Shown: in pieces, positions 39,894-50,469 of the stretch
Numbering within the stretch: position 1 is the first letter of the stretch
How the letters are laid out: each line of letters opens with the position of its first letter
Source of the DNA: Candidatus Omnitrophota bacterium
GTDB lineage: Bacteria > Omnitrophota > Gorgyraeia > Zapsychrales > JAHFFX01
DNA: 64,000 bases
Assembly: GCA_023247725.1 (NCBI GenBank)
Contig: JAHFFW010000008.1
Span: forward strand, 7,359 to 71,358
Direction: 5' to 3'
Translations under genes and position numbers: made by a program
Notes under the pieces: model-generated
Seen by the model: only the letters and a program-made list of their open reading frames with translations
Told to the model about the DNA's origin: nothing
The model's database searches: none

Positions 39894-41075
39894 ATGGACA
39901 GAATCATTTGTTTAGGAAACTCTTTGGCTGGAATGAAGGCGCTTGAACTCATTCGGGCCGCGCGACCAGAAAGTGAACTTTCGGTTCTCGCGACCGAAAA
40001 TGTTTTGCCCTATCATCCGGCGCGGTTGGCCGCCTGGGTGGCGAAACACATTCCGGAAGAAGACCTTTATTGTCAAACTCAGGATTTTTATAAGACCAAC
40101 CGGATTGAACTCATTTTTGAAAAAAGAATTGCCCGCATCAATTTCCGAAAAAATCAGATCGTGACCGAAGAGAAAGAAATCTTTCCCTTTGATATGCTGC
40201 TTTTATCCGATACACCGCAAGTGAAATTTTTTGACTTGAAGGGGGGCGGCAAAGCAGGAGTTTTTTCGGCGGGGCGATTATCCGATATAAAAAATCTCCT
40301 CAATTCCTTACCGGCGATCGATACCCTTATCATCCAGGTGAGCGATTGGGAAAGTCTCAGGCTTGCGGCTGCTTTATTGTCGACGGCAAAAGAGGTGGTG
40401 GTTCTGTGTCCCGGCGCGTCTTTTTTGCCGCAGGTTTTAGAGCCAGAATCTTCGCTCCTTTTGATGAAATTTCTCCAGGAAAAGGGAATGCGAATCTTGC
40501 CGGAGAATGAAGTGGTGGAAGTCTTGGGCGAAAACGATGTCAAAGCGGTGCGGCTCAAATCCAAAAAGGTTTTGGCGTGCGAGGCCTTGGTCCTCGGATC
40601 AGCCCGGCCGGATTTTCGTCTACTGGCGGATACGCCTTTACAAACGACGTTCGGCCTTACGGTGGATGAAAATTTCGTTACTTCTTTAAAGCATGTTTAT
40701 GCGTTCGACCGAATGATCTCACCAAAATCTGGCGAGGCTGGCGGTCGGTCCACCGATACCCTCGAGGAACAGGGCAAGATCATGGCTGCCGCCATTGGAA
40801 AAGCAGCGTATGCTTATCCTCCGATCATTTTTCAGGAGCTGATCCAATTGCCTGGATTGACGGCCGGTTTTTTGGGTGAGGTGAAATTGCCGTTGGGTGG
40901 ACAAATCCACCATCGTTTGGTCGAGGCTGACCGGAGTTATAAAAAAATCTTTTTGGATCGAGAGGGAATTTTGCGGGGAGCGATTCTCTTTAATGCCTTG
41001 AATTCAAAAGACCAGTGCCTGCAATGGCTGCGTCAAGGAGTCTGCGTTCTTGGCCGCGAACAGGAATTGCTTTAG
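39894..41075 (+). CDS. FAD/NAD(P) oxidoreductase-fold protein (NirB/rubredoxin reductase-like) with degenerate motifs
   Basis: GNSLAG, E..LPY, VDENFVTS.KHVYA, YKKIF...G.LRGAIL. Confidence 0.7.
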   Translation: MDRIICLGNSLAGMKALELIRAARPESELSVLATENVLPYHPARLAAWVAKHIPEEDLYCQTQDFYKTNRIELIFEKRIARINFRKNQIVTEEKEIFPFDMLLLSDTPQVKFFDLKGGGKAGVFSAGRLSDIKNLLNSLPAIDTLIIQVSDWESLRLAAALLSTAKEVVVLCPGASFLPQVLEPESSLLLMKFLQEKGMRILPENEVVEVLGENDVKAVRLKSKKVLACEALVLGSARPDFRLLADTPLQTTFGLTVDENFVTSLKHVYAFDRMISPKSGEAGGRSTDTLEEQGKIMAAAIGKAAYAYPPIIFQELIQLPGLTAGFLGEVKLPLGGQIHHRLVEADRSYKKIFLDREGILRGAILFNALNSKDQCLQWLRQGVCVLGREQELL

Positions 41076-41151
41076 TGCGCCCTTGTCGTTGGGTGCGAAT
41101 TCCATCTCGTCAACGCGCAAGCCATTGCGCGAAGGCGGATGAAAATTTTTC

Positions 41152-41180
41152 TTGCCAAATAAAATAGAATGTATTATTCT
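41152..41180 (+). promoter_or_regulatory. Candidate sigma70 promoter
   Basis: TTGCCA-N17-TATTCT. Confidence 0.5.
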
Positions 41181-41195
41181 ACCCCCAACAAGAAG

Positions 41196-42053
41196 ATGTC
41201 CATTTTAAAAGTCCGAAACTGCTTTTTTCTTCTTTTCTGCTCCTTTTCTGTTGCAACCTTTCATTCAAACGTTTTCGCCGAGGCCCAAAAACCAACTTTC
41301 GAAGAATTGCGTATGCTTGGTTTTACCAAGCAAGAAGAAGGTAATCTTGACGAAGCGTTAGCATACTACTTGCAGGCTTCCAACCTCGATCCCAAAAAGG
41401 TCAATGTCTTAAACGATATTGGGGTGATCTATGAGCAGATGGGTTTGATCGACCGCGCCGAGTTGATGTATCAGCAGGCCGTTGCGCTTGATCCAAATTA
41501 TCTGCCTCCCTTAATGAATCTGGCTTCCCTGTACGAGAAAAAAGGCGATACCGCCAAGGCCATTGAATATCTTAAAAAACGGATCGACGCCGGTGCCCCG
41601 GATGACATTTGGACCCAAAAGGCCCGACAGCGGCTGGCCGAGATTTATAATCAGTTCCCCGAATTTAAAAAGCGGCTCGTGGATGAACAAAAAGGTGATC
41701 TAGAAAGAGAAATTGCCGAACAGCGTAAGGCCGAAAAAATTGCCCAGCTCAAAAATCAATTGGCCAAGGCGGAAGGGCATTATGAAGAAGGGATGAAAAA
41801 GTTGGAACAAAAAAAATTCGCCGAGGCCGCGGAGGATTTTGAACAAGCCTTATCCATTACTCCCAGCAACACCCGCTATGCCCAAGCCAGAACCATGGCG
41901 CTCAAAGAAGACACCAAAAGAAAAATTCAGAATCATTTCAATGCCGCCATGGACTATTGGGATCACAATGACAACGCCCGGGCCAGCGACGAAATCCAAA
42001 AAATACTCACCCTAATCCCAGACGACAATCCACTTCAAGAGACACGTTACTGA
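41196..42053 (+). CDS. Exported TPR protein
   Basis: Signal peptide (VFA-E), TPR units (NDIGVIYE, ALDPNY..NLA), coiled coil. Confidence 0.8.
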   Translation: MSILKVRNCFFLLFCSFSVATFHSNVFAEAQKPTFEELRMLGFTKQEEGNLDEALAYYLQASNLDPKKVNVLNDIGVIYEQMGLIDRAELMYQQAVALDPNYLPPLMNLASLYEKKGDTAKAIEYLKKRIDAGAPDDIWTQKARQRLAEIYNQFPEFKKRLVDEQKGDLEREIAEQRKAEKIAQLKNQLAKAEGHYEEGMKKLEQKKFAEAAEDFEQALSITPSNTRYAQARTMALKEDTKRKIQNHFNAAMDYWDHNDNARASDEIQKILTLIPDDNPLQETRY

Positions 42054-42124
42054 ATTCCGTATAAATCATAGAACATGGAATGTCCTCGCACATTGATTTC
42101 CCCAAAGGCGTTTAAGGTCGATTC

Positions 42125-44695
42125 ATGCCGGACACACAGATTTTTTTAATCGACGCGCATGCCCTGTGCTATCGTTCCTATTTCGCCATTCGGAATCTCG
42201 CCAATTCAAAAGGACAAGCCACCAATGCGGTTTATGGATTTTTGGCAACCCTTAAGAAGATTTTGCGCGATCACAAACCCGAATATTTGGCGATCTGTTT
42301 TGATGCCGGCAAAAAAACCCAGCGTCAGGAGAAGTTTGCCAAATACAAAATCCATCGCCGGCCCATGCCGGACGATCTGGTCAGTCAAATCCCGCTCATT
42401 AAGGAGGTCGTGGCCGCGTATCATTGGCCGGTCTTCGAGGCCGAAGGTTTCGAGGCCGATGACATTATCGCCACTCTCGCTAAGAAGTTATCGGCGAAGG
42501 CCGAGGTCGTCATTGTCAGTGATGATAAAGATATGCTGCAACTATTGTCTGATCGTGTCAAAGTTTTTAGCATCCGGCGGGATCAATTCCTTAATCCGAA
42601 AGAATTGAAACAGGAGCTGGGGATCGATCCCTCCCGAATTGTGGATTACATTGGCCTGGCCGGCGATCAGACCGATAACATCCCGGGGGTCGTTGGGATC
42701 GGAGAGGTCACCGCCAAAGAGCTCATCAACGATTATGGAACTTTAGAAAATATTTTCCAGCATCTGTCGCAGATCAAACAAAAAAAGGTTCAGGAAAAAT
42801 TGAGCGAGCAAAAAGACATGGCGTTTTTCAGCAAAGAGTTGGCGCTTCTGGATTCGAAGGTTCCGGTGGATATTGATCTCAAGGAGATGTCCGTCCGGGA
42901 GCCGGATGAAAAAAGGCTCCTCGAGCTTTTCCGCGACCTGGAATTTAAAAAATTCGCGGATGAGCTATCCGTGGCTGATCAAGAGGCCTTGCCCATCAAG
43001 GTCAAGGGAATTCATCGTGCCGACGACCAGACAGAGTTGGTGAACAAAATCAAAAAGGCCGGCCGCTTGGTCTTTATGGTGGACGCTCCCGCGGAACCAA
43101 CTTTGACCGGAGCCGGCATCATGGTCGCCGTGCAGGAGGGCGAGGTGTATTCCATTTCCTTTGAGCTTTTGGATGAGCTCAAATCGGTTTTTTGTGACCC
43201 GGACATTTTAAAAATCACCTATGACGCCAAAAAAGTTTTTAAAGTGTTTGCCGAGAAACAATGCGCGATTGATGCCAAGGTTTTTGATGTGATGCTCTCC
43301 GGTTATTTATTAGCGCCTTCCCAGACGTCTTTTAGCGTCGACACTCTGTCTTGGATTTATTTAAGGTCACCCATCGCGACGGTCGACCGTCTAGCGCGGG
43401 AGACCGAATGTCTTTTGCGCCTTTATCCCATATTAGAGAAGGAGCTCAAGGCCAAGGATCTTTGGCGGCTTTATGAGGACATTGAAATCCCTTTATCGCA
43501 GGTCCTCGACCGGATGGAACGCGAAGGCGTGCGCCTGGATGAAGGGCTTCTCAAAGGTTTATCCAAGGATGCCGAAAGGAAAATCAATCTCCTGATCGAA
43601 GAGATTTATCAGAAAGCGGGCCGCGAATTCAATCTCAATAGTCCCAAACAACTGGCCCAGGTCCTTTTCAACGAGCTTAAGTTCCCGGTTATTAAAAAAA
43701 CCAAAACCGGTTTTTCGACGGATGAGGATGTGCTTTTGCGGCTGTCAAAAACCCATGAGATCCCGGCGAAGATTTTGGAGTACCGGCAGCTGGCCAAATT
43801 GAAATCCACCTATATCGATGCCCTGCCGAGGCTGATCAACCCCGAGACTGGCCGCTTGCACGCGCGATTTAACCAGACCGGGACCGAGACCGGACGTTTG
43901 AGCTCAAGCGATCCCAATTTGCAGAATATTCCCATCCGGACACAGATCGGCCGGCAAATCCGCAAGGCCTTTATTCCTTTTCAAAAGAATCACCGCATCG
44001 TTTCCGCGGATTATTCTCAAATCGAATTGCGAATTCTGGCTCATCTCTCCGGCGATAAAACCTTGAAAAAGGCCTTTTGGGATGACCAGGACATCCATAA
44101 TTACACCGCTGCCCTCATCTATGAGGTCAAAGAAAAAGACGTCACGCCGCCGATGCGCAACATGGCCAAGCGCGTCAACTTCGGCCTTAGTTACGGCATG
44201 AGTCCTTTCGGCCTTTCCAAAGACCTGGACATTGCGCAGTCCGAGGCCCAGGCCTTTATCGAAAAATATTTTTTACGCTATCCCAACGTTAAGAAATTTA
44301 TGGAGGACGCCGTGCGCAAGGCGGAAGAGCAGGGTTTTGTCCTCACTTTACTGAACCGTCGTCGGTATATCCCGGAAATCCTTAGCTCGAATCAGGCCGT
44401 TCGTCAATTGGCGCAGCGTCAGGCTATCAATACGCCGGTGCAAGGCTCGGCCGCGGATTTGATGAAGCTCGCCATGATCCATATCCAGCGCGAGCTGGAG
44501 AAGAAAAAATTTGTTACAAAGATGATTATTACGGTTCATGACGAATTGGTCTTTGATGTTCCTGACTCCGAGAAGAAAACCATTGTGGAATTGGTGCGGC
44601 AAAAAATGGAAGGAGCCATTTCTTTGTCGGTCCCCATCAAGGTGACGGTCAAAAGCGGGCCCAACTGGCTTGAGCTGAAAGAAATCAAGCCATGA
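42125..44695 (+). CDS. polA: DNA polymerase I
   Basis: 5'-3' exonuclease (IDAH, EADD, DKD, DNIPGV), TGRLSSSDPNLQNIP, DYSQIELR, VHDELV. Confidence 0.98.
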   Translation: MPDTQIFLIDAHALCYRSYFAIRNLANSKGQATNAVYGFLATLKKILRDHKPEYLAICFDAGKKTQRQEKFAKYKIHRRPMPDDLVSQIPLIKEVVAAYHWPVFEAEGFEADDIIATLAKKLSAKAEVVIVSDDKDMLQLLSDRVKVFSIRRDQFLNPKELKQELGIDPSRIVDYIGLAGDQTDNIPGVVGIGEVTAKELINDYGTLENIFQHLSQIKQKKVQEKLSEQKDMAFFSKELALLDSKVPVDIDLKEMSVREPDEKRLLELFRDLEFKKFADELSVADQEALPIKVKGIHRADDQTELVNKIKKAGRLVFMVDAPAEPTLTGAGIMVAVQEGEVYSISFELLDELKSVFCDPDILKITYDAKKVFKVFAEKQCAIDAKVFDVMLSGYLLAPSQTSFSVDTLSWIYLRSPIATVDRLARETECLLRLYPILEKELKAKDLWRLYEDIEIPLSQVLDRMEREGVRLDEGLLKGLSKDAERKINLLIEEIYQKAGREFNLNSPKQLAQVLFNELKFPVIKKTKTGFSTDEDVLLRLSKTHEIPAKILEYRQLAKLKSTYIDALPRLINPETGRLHARFNQTGTETGRLSSSDPNLQNIPIRTQIGRQIRKAFIPFQKNHRIVSADYSQIELRILAHLSGDKTLKKAFWDDQDIHNYTAALIYEVKEKDVTPPMRNMAKRVNFGLSYGMSPFGLSKDLDIAQSEAQAFIEKYFLRYPNVKKFMEDAVRKAEEQGFVLTLLNRRRYIPEILSSNQAVRQLAQRQAINTPVQGSAADLMKLAMIHIQRELEKKKFVTKMIITVHDELVFDVPDSEKKTIVELVRQKMEGAISLSVPIKVTVKSGPNWLELKEIKP

Positions 44696-46098
44696 GAGTT
44701 GCCTTTTGCTCTTCGGAGATTGCGCCTTTTGCTAAAACCGGCGGGCTCGGGGATGTCTGCGGGACCTTGCCGTTGGCCCTGGAAAAATTAAAAATCGAAC
44801 CCGTGTTAGTTTTGCCCCGCTACCAAATGATCGATCCTCAGAAATATCAGCTCAAAAAAATTTCTCCCGAGGCGTGGATCGGAACGGCGGGGCAAAACAT
44901 TCCGGTTTATTTCATCGAGCAGGAAGGATATTTTGGCCGCAAGGAGATTTACGGTGAAGACGGCGGCGAGTACAGCGACAATCTCGAGCGTTTTCATTGT
45001 TTTTGCTTGAAAGCCCTCGAATTATTCAAAACCCAAAAAAAGACAATGGACATCATCCACGTCCATGACTGGCAGGCGGCGCTCATTCCTGTCCTTTTAA
45101 AGTCAATTTTTCGTTCGGACCTATTTTATAAAAAAACCAAAAGCATTTTGTCCATTCATAATATGGCATTCCAGGGGATTTTTCCGAAGGATCAATTCCC
45201 CAAATTAGGTTTCGATCGCCGGTTATTCTCGATGAACGGGTTGGAATTCTACAACCAGATCAACCTCCTCAAAGGCGGACTCATTTTTAGCGACCGGGTG
45301 GCGACGGTCAGTCCTCATTATGCCAGGGAGATTCGGACTCCAGAATTCGGCTGCGGCCTGGAAGGAGTTTTGGCCAACCGCAGAGAAGGCGTCGTGGGGA
45401 TCCTCAACGGTTTGGATTACGAGACCTGGAACCCAGAAGCCGACGTCCATATCAAACACCGGTACAGCAAAGACAATTGGAAATCGAAATTCGAAAATAA
45501 ATCTTATTTACAGAAGCTTGTTGGTCTGCCCGTCAAAAGGAATGTTCCGATCCTGGCCTTCGTCGGGAGACTGACTTATCAGAAAGGCATTGAGCTTTTG
45601 ATGAAGGCTATGGATAAAGTTTTGGCGTTAGATCTTCAACTGGTTTTTCTGGGAGTGGGGGAACCCAAGTATGAACAGCCGTTGCGGCGTTTGGCTAAGA
45701 AAAATCCGGCGAAGATCGCCGTATCTTTAAAATTCAGCGAGGAATTGGCGCATCAGATTTATGCCGGATCGGATTTGTTTTTAATGCCATCCGTCTTTGA
45801 GCCATGTGGTTTGAGCCAGATGATCAGCTTCCGTTATGGCACGATTCCCTTGGTTTATAGAACCGGAGGCCTGGCCGATACTGTTTTTCCTTTTGATCCG
45901 GCGACGGGAGAGGGGACAGGTTTTATCTTTGACCAATATAAGGAAGACGCATTTTTAAAATCCCTGCAAGAGGCGCTTTTGGCTTATCAGGATCGTCCGA
46001 GTTTTGAACGGTTGATGACGAAGGTCATGAACAGCGATTTTTCCTGGGAACGCTCGGCCAAGGAATATCAGAAGTTGTACCTGTCTTTGCTCAATTGA
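44692..46098 (+). CDS. glgA: Glycogen synthase
   Basis: KTGGLGDV, HDWQ, HNMAFQG, PSVFEPCGLSQ, TGGLADT. Confidence 0.96.
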   Translation: MRVAFCSSEIAPFAKTGGLGDVCGTLPLALEKLKIEPVLVLPRYQMIDPQKYQLKKISPEAWIGTAGQNIPVYFIEQEGYFGRKEIYGEDGGEYSDNLERFHCFCLKALELFKTQKKTMDIIHVHDWQAALIPVLLKSIFRSDLFYKKTKSILSIHNMAFQGIFPKDQFPKLGFDRRLFSMNGLEFYNQINLLKGGLIFSDRVATVSPHYAREIRTPEFGCGLEGVLANRREGVVGILNGLDYETWNPEADVHIKHRYSKDNWKSKFENKSYLQKLVGLPVKRNVPILAFVGRLTYQKGIELLMKAMDKVLALDLQLVFLGVGEPKYEQPLRRLAKKNPAKIAVSLKFSEELAHQIYAGSDLFLMPSVFEPCGLSQMISFRYGTIPLVYRTGGLADTVFPFDPATGEGTGFIFDQYKEDAFLKSLQEALLAYQDRPSFERLMTKVMNSDFSWERSAKEYQKLYLSLLN

Positions 46099-46101
46099 CC
46101 G

Positions 46102-46698
46102 ATGGTCACGATCGGTTTGACAGGAGAACTGGGAGTGGGCAAATCGACGGTGGCAGGATTTTTTTGCCAAAAGGGAGCCGCGGTGCTCGACGCCGATTCG
46201 CTGGCGCATCGATTGATGGAACCGAATCAGCCGGTTTTCCGCAAGGTCGTCAAAAAATTTGGCCCACAGATTCTTAAAAACGGCCGGATTGATCGGGCTC
46301 AATTGGGGAGGATGGTTTTTGCAGATCCTCGAAAGTTGAGGATTCTGAACCGGCTTGTTCACCCGGCGACGATTTCAGCGATCAAAAGCCATGTTCGCGG
46401 CATTGGCCGGCGCCATCCCCGCGCGATTATTGTGATCGAAGTGCCGCTCCTCATTGAAACCGGTCTGGATCGTTGGGTCGATCATTGTCTGGTCGTCAAG
46501 GCGTCGAGGAAAAAGCAATTGGAGCGGCTGCAAAAAAGCCGGCGTTTGTCGAGAACCCAGGCGCTTAAAATCATTCAAAATCAGATGAGCACGAAGACGA
46601 AAATGAAATATGCGGATTTTGTGATTGATAACGGTGGATCGCTGCCAGCTACAAAAAAACAAGTGGAAAGGATTTGGGAACAGCTAAAACATTTTTAG
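46102..46698 (+). CDS. coaE: Dephospho-CoA kinase
   Basis: IGLTG..G.GKSTV, DAD, IDR..LG..VF, VHP, EVPLLIE. Confidence 0.95.
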   Translation: MVTIGLTGELGVGKSTVAGFFCQKGAAVLDADSLAHRLMEPNQPVFRKVVKKFGPQILKNGRIDRAQLGRMVFADPRKLRILNRLVHPATISAIKSHVRGIGRRHPRAIIVIEVPLLIETGLDRWVDHCLVVKASRKKQLERLQKSRRLSRTQALKIIQNQMSTKTKMKYADFVIDNGGSLPATKKQVERIWEQLKHF

Positions 46699-46711
46699 GA
46701 TCATCCGGTGG

Positions 46712-46755
46712 GGGGCGTCCCGACTCGCGCTCTAAGTCAGGGGTCGGGACGCCCC
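46712..46755. repeat. GC-rich REP-like inverted repeat between coaE and rho
   Basis: ggggcgtcccgac-N18-gtcgggacgcccc, perfect 13-bp stem without a U tract. Confidence 0.75.
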
Positions 46756-46838
46756 GCGCCCCAGTGAAAGCGTTTTAAGGATTATTTTAAAATTCTCCGT
46801 AACGCCAAAAGGATTCAGAAAAAACAAGGTGAGGACAA

Positions 46839-48215
46839 ATGACAACCAAAACTAAAAACGAAACATCCAAGGAAGCAAAAGAGATCAAGAAAAATAGTGA
46901 AGGAGAAGAAATTATGGAAAAAACCGCAACGAAGTCGGCCAAAGAGGGGACCGACGTGGTGTTTCAGCTGGACATCACCAAGCTCAAGGACATGAAGATG
47001 GCCGAGCTGACCAAGATGGCCAGGGACATGAACATCAACGGCTTAAGCGGTATCAAAAAACAGGACTTGATCTTCAAGATCCTGCAGGGACAAGCTGAAA
47101 AGGAAGGATTGATGTTCGGGGAAGGCACCTTGGAAATCCTGCCGGAGGGTTTTGGATTCTTGCGCAGTTCCCGCTACAATTATCTCCCCTGCCCCGACGA
47201 TATTTATATCTCACCGTCCCAGATTCGGAAATTCGATTTAAAAACCGGCGATAGCGTGAGCGGCCATATCCGTCCGCCCAAGGAAGGGGAAAAATATTTC
47301 GCGCTCTTGAAGGTGGAAGCGGTCAATTACGAGGATCCGGAAAAATGCAAGGACAAGATCCTCTTCGACAACTTGACGCCGTTATACCCGCATGAGCGGA
47401 TCATCCTGGAAACGAAACCCGAAGAAATTTCCATGCGGATCATGGATCTCATTACGCCGCTAGGAAAAGGCCAGCGCGCGCTCATCGTGGCCCCGCCCTA
47501 CAGCGGCAAAACCGTCCTGCTGCAGAAGATCGCCAATGCGATCACGACGAATAATCCGGATGTCATCCTCATTGTCTTATTGATCGACGAGCGTCCGGAG
47601 GAAGTCACGGACATGCAGCGGGGCGTCAAGGGGGAGGTCATCTCCTCGACCTTCGATGAACCGGCCGAACGGCACGTTCAGATCGCCGAGATGGTTTTGG
47701 AAAAAGCCAAACGCCTGGTTGAGCACAAACGCGATGTGGTCATCCTCCTGGATTCTATCACCCGCCTGGCCCGGGCCTATAACACGGTCGTGCCTCATAG
47801 CGGGAAAATCCTTTCGGGTGGTGTTGATTCCAATGCCTTGCACAAACCCAAGCGGTTCTTTGGCGCGGCACGTGCCGTCGAGGAAGGCGGAAGCTTGACC
47901 ATTATTGCGACCTCGCTCGTGGACACCGGCAGCCGGATGGATGAAGTCATCTTTGAGGAATTCAAAGGCACCGGCAACATGGAATTGCAGCTGGATCGGA
48001 ATCTTTTTCAGCGTCGGATTTACCCGGCGATTGACATCAAGCGCTCCAACACCCGCCATGAAGAGCTCTTGATCGACAAGGATGATCTGCAAAGGACCTG
48101 GTTATTGCGCAAGGCCATCAACGATCTTAACTCGGCCGAGGCCATGGAGCTTTTGATCGATCGGATCGGAAAGTATAAAAGTAACAAAGAATTTTTGCAA
48201 AATATGAACAAATAG
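46839..48215 (+). CDS. rho: Transcription termination factor Rho
   Basis: [41 protein letters not shown]. Confidence 0.98.
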   Translation: MTTKTKNETSKEAKEIKKNSEGEEIMEKTATKSAKEGTDVVFQLDITKLKDMKMAELTKMARDMNINGLSGIKKQDLIFKILQGQAEKEGLMFGEGTLEILPEGFGFLRSSRYNYLPCPDDIYISPSQIRKFDLKTGDSVSGHIRPPKEGEKYFALLKVEAVNYEDPEKCKDKILFDNLTPLYPHERIILETKPEEISMRIMDLITPLGKGQRALIVAPPYSGKTVLLQKIANAITTNNPDVILIVLLIDERPEEVTDMQRGVKGEVISSTFDEPAERHVQIAEMVLEKAKRLVEHKRDVVILLDSITRLARAYNTVVPHSGKILSGGVDSNALHKPKRFFGAARAVEEGGSLTIIATSLVDTGSRMDEVIFEEFKGTGNMELQLDRNLFQRRIYPAIDIKRSNTRHEELLIDKDDLQRTWLLRKAINDLNSAEAMELLIDRIGKYKSNKEFLQNMNK

Positions 48216-48272
48216 GATACAGTTTTCCCCTAATCTCCGAGCTTCTATCTCGACGCCTGATCCAATTTATTG

Positions 48273-48301
48273 TTGTGAAAACCCCTCTTTGTCGTTATAC
48301 T
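48273..48301 (+). promoter_or_regulatory. Candidate sigma70 promoter for rpmE-prfA-prmC-murA
   Basis: TTGTGA-N17-TATACT. Confidence 0.6.
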
Positions 48302-48407
48302 AAATTCTCAAAATTTTAGTCAACGGTCGTCTTCAGTCATCCTTTACCGTTTGAGTTTTTGACGAATCAGATTTTGCCAGTGTCGCAACTGGAAGGAGGT
48401 TTTTAGT

Positions 48408-48605
48408 ATGAAGGCCAATATTCATCCGCCTTATGAAGAAACGACCATCACCTGTGCGTGCGGGGCGGTCATCCATACCCGGTCGACCAAAAAGAATATC
48501 CGCGTCGAGATCTGTTCCCAGTGCCATCCCTTTTTCACCGGGGCGAAGAAATTCGTGGATACGGCCGGCCGGATTGAACGCTTCACCAAACGCTACAAGA
48601 AGTAA
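48408..48605 (+). CDS. rpmE: 50S ribosomal protein L31 (Zn-binding type)
   Basis: [26 protein letters not shown]; AGGAGG RBS. Confidence 0.97.
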   Translation: MKANIHPPYEETTITCACGAVIHTRSTKKNIRVEICSQCHPFFTGAKKFVDTAGRIERFTKRYKK

Positions 48606-48610
48606 ATCAA

Positions 48611-49672
48611 ATGCTCGACAAGCTGGCGAAGCTGGAAAAACGCTACGAAGAGATCGAGCGCCTTTTGGCCGACCCCGAAATCAGCGCCGATCAGGCTGCG
48701 TGCCAGAAGCTGGGCAAGGAGCTTTCCGAAATTTCCCCGACGGTCAGTGCCTACCGAACCTACCACGGCTACGAATCGCAGATCTTAGAACTCCAGAAGC
48801 TTCTCTGTGAAAAGCACGATAAGGAATTTGAAGATCTCGCCAGGACCGAGCTCAAAGAACTTGAACAAAAACAGCGTGAGCTTAAAGGTCGATTGGAAAA
48901 TCTGACGAACATCTCTTCGCAGCAAAAGGATCAGGACCTTATTATGGAAATCCGGGCGGGAACCGGAGGAGAGGAAGCCAGCCTCTTTGCCGCGGATTTG
49001 TACCGCATGTATACGAAGTATGCCGATTCGAAAGGCTGGAGGGTGGAATCGATCAGCAGTTCACCGTCGGAGACGGGGGGTTTTAAGGAAGTCATCTTTA
49101 GCGTCAGCGGCAAAGGCGCGGCGCACAACCTCAAATGGGAAAGCGGGGTTCATCGCGTGCAGCGGGTTCCCACGACCGAGGCCTCGGGCCGCATCCATAC
49201 CTCTGCGGCGACCGTGGCCGTTTTATTTGAGCCGGAAGAAATTGAACTGACGATTGATCCAAAAGATTTAAAGATTGATGTCTTTCGTTCCTCCGGTCCG
49301 GGCGGGCAAAGTGTCAATACGACGGATTCGGCCGTGCGCATGACTCACTTGCCGACGGGAACGGTCGTCGTTTGCCAGGATGAACGCTCGCAGTTAAAAA
49401 ACCGCGCGAAGGCCATGCGGGTCCTGCGGGCTCGCTTGTTAGATAAAAGGAGACAGGAGGCCCTGGCGAAGGCAACGGCCGAGCGGCGTTCGAAGATCGG
49501 CACCGGCGATCGCAGCGAAAAAATCCGCACCTACAACTTTCCCGACCGCCGCGTCACCGACCACCGGATTGGATTTACCACCCACCAGCTTCCGAAAGTG
49601 ATGGACGGAGATCTGGACGAAATCACGACCGCCTTGATCAAAGCCGAACGTGAAACAGAGGCTTCTCAATGA
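48611..49672 (+). CDS. prfA: Peptide chain release factor 1
   Basis: [16 protein letters not shown] (PxT), GGQ, RTYNFP. Confidence 0.97.
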   Translation: MLDKLAKLEKRYEEIERLLADPEISADQAACQKLGKELSEISPTVSAYRTYHGYESQILELQKLLCEKHDKEFEDLARTELKELEQKQRELKGRLENLTNISSQQKDQDLIMEIRAGTGGEEASLFAADLYRMYTKYADSKGWRVESISSSPSETGGFKEVIFSVSGKGAAHNLKWESGVHRVQRVPTTEASGRIHTSAATVAVLFEPEEIELTIDPKDLKIDVFRSSGPGGQSVNTTDSAVRMTHLPTGTVVVCQDERSQLKNRAKAMRVLRARLLDKRRQEALAKATAERRSKIGTGDRSEKIRTYNFPDRRVTDHRIGFTTHQLPKVMDGDLDEITTALIKAERETEASQ

Positions 49673-50466
49673 CCGAACCAGAACTTTATTTGACCCACCG
49701 TCGGGGTTGCAACCGGATCGAACTCTATCTGGACGAACACCCCTTAACGGATTCGGAGCGTCAAGGCTTAGAAGAATTCCAGCGCCGCCGACAAAACGGT
49801 GAACCGCTTCAATATATTTTAGGAGAAACCGAATTTTACGGTTTCCGAATCAAGGTTGACGAACGGGTCCTGATCCCGCGACCAGAAACAGAGATTTTAG
49901 TCGATTTGGCTTTGGAAGAATGTCGTCGATTCGCCGAGCGTTCCCTGCGGATTCTCGATATGGGAACGGGGTCTGGCAATCTGGCCATTGCCTTGGCCAA
50001 AAAACTTCCCCAGAGCAAGATCAGGGCCATTGATCGATCGCAGGCGGCGCTTGATTTGGCCCTTGAGAATGCTAAAATCAATTTGGTCGACGAACAAATT
50101 GATTTTGTCTGCGCGGATTTATTGGAGGCTTTTCATTTACAAGGTGAGCCTTTAAAGAAATTCGATCTGATTGTGTCCAATCCCCCTTATATTCCGACGG
50201 AGGATATCGCCTGCTTGTCGATCGAGGTGCAGCGAGAACCTCGACTGGCTCTTGATGGAGGAACCGATGGCCTGGATTTTTTGCGCCGCATGATCAAAGA
50301 TGGCGGGCGTTTTCTTGTTCCCGGAGGTTGTCTCCTGGTTGAGTGCGGCGACGGACAGGCAGGAAAGATCAGGGAGATTTTCCAGCCAATGTCCGGTTTT
50401 CAGGATTGCCGGATTTTTAAAGATTTAAACCAAAAGGATCGTTTGGTCAAAGTGAGGCGCGAATAA
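49669..50466 (+). CDS. prmC: Release factor glutamine methyltransferase
   Basis: [28 protein letters not shown]. Confidence 0.96.
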   Translation: MTEPELYLTHRRGCNRIELYLDEHPLTDSERQGLEEFQRRRQNGEPLQYILGETEFYGFRIKVDERVLIPRPETEILVDLALEECRRFAERSLRILDMGTGSGNLAIALAKKLPQSKIRAIDRSQAALDLALENAKINLVDEQIDFVCADLLEAFHLQGEPLKKFDLIVSNPPYIPTEDIACLSIEVQREPRLALDGGTDGLDFLRRMIKDGGRFLVPGGCLLVECGDGQAGKIREIFQPMSGFQDCRIFKDLNQKDRLVKVRRE

Positions 50467-50469
50467 ATT

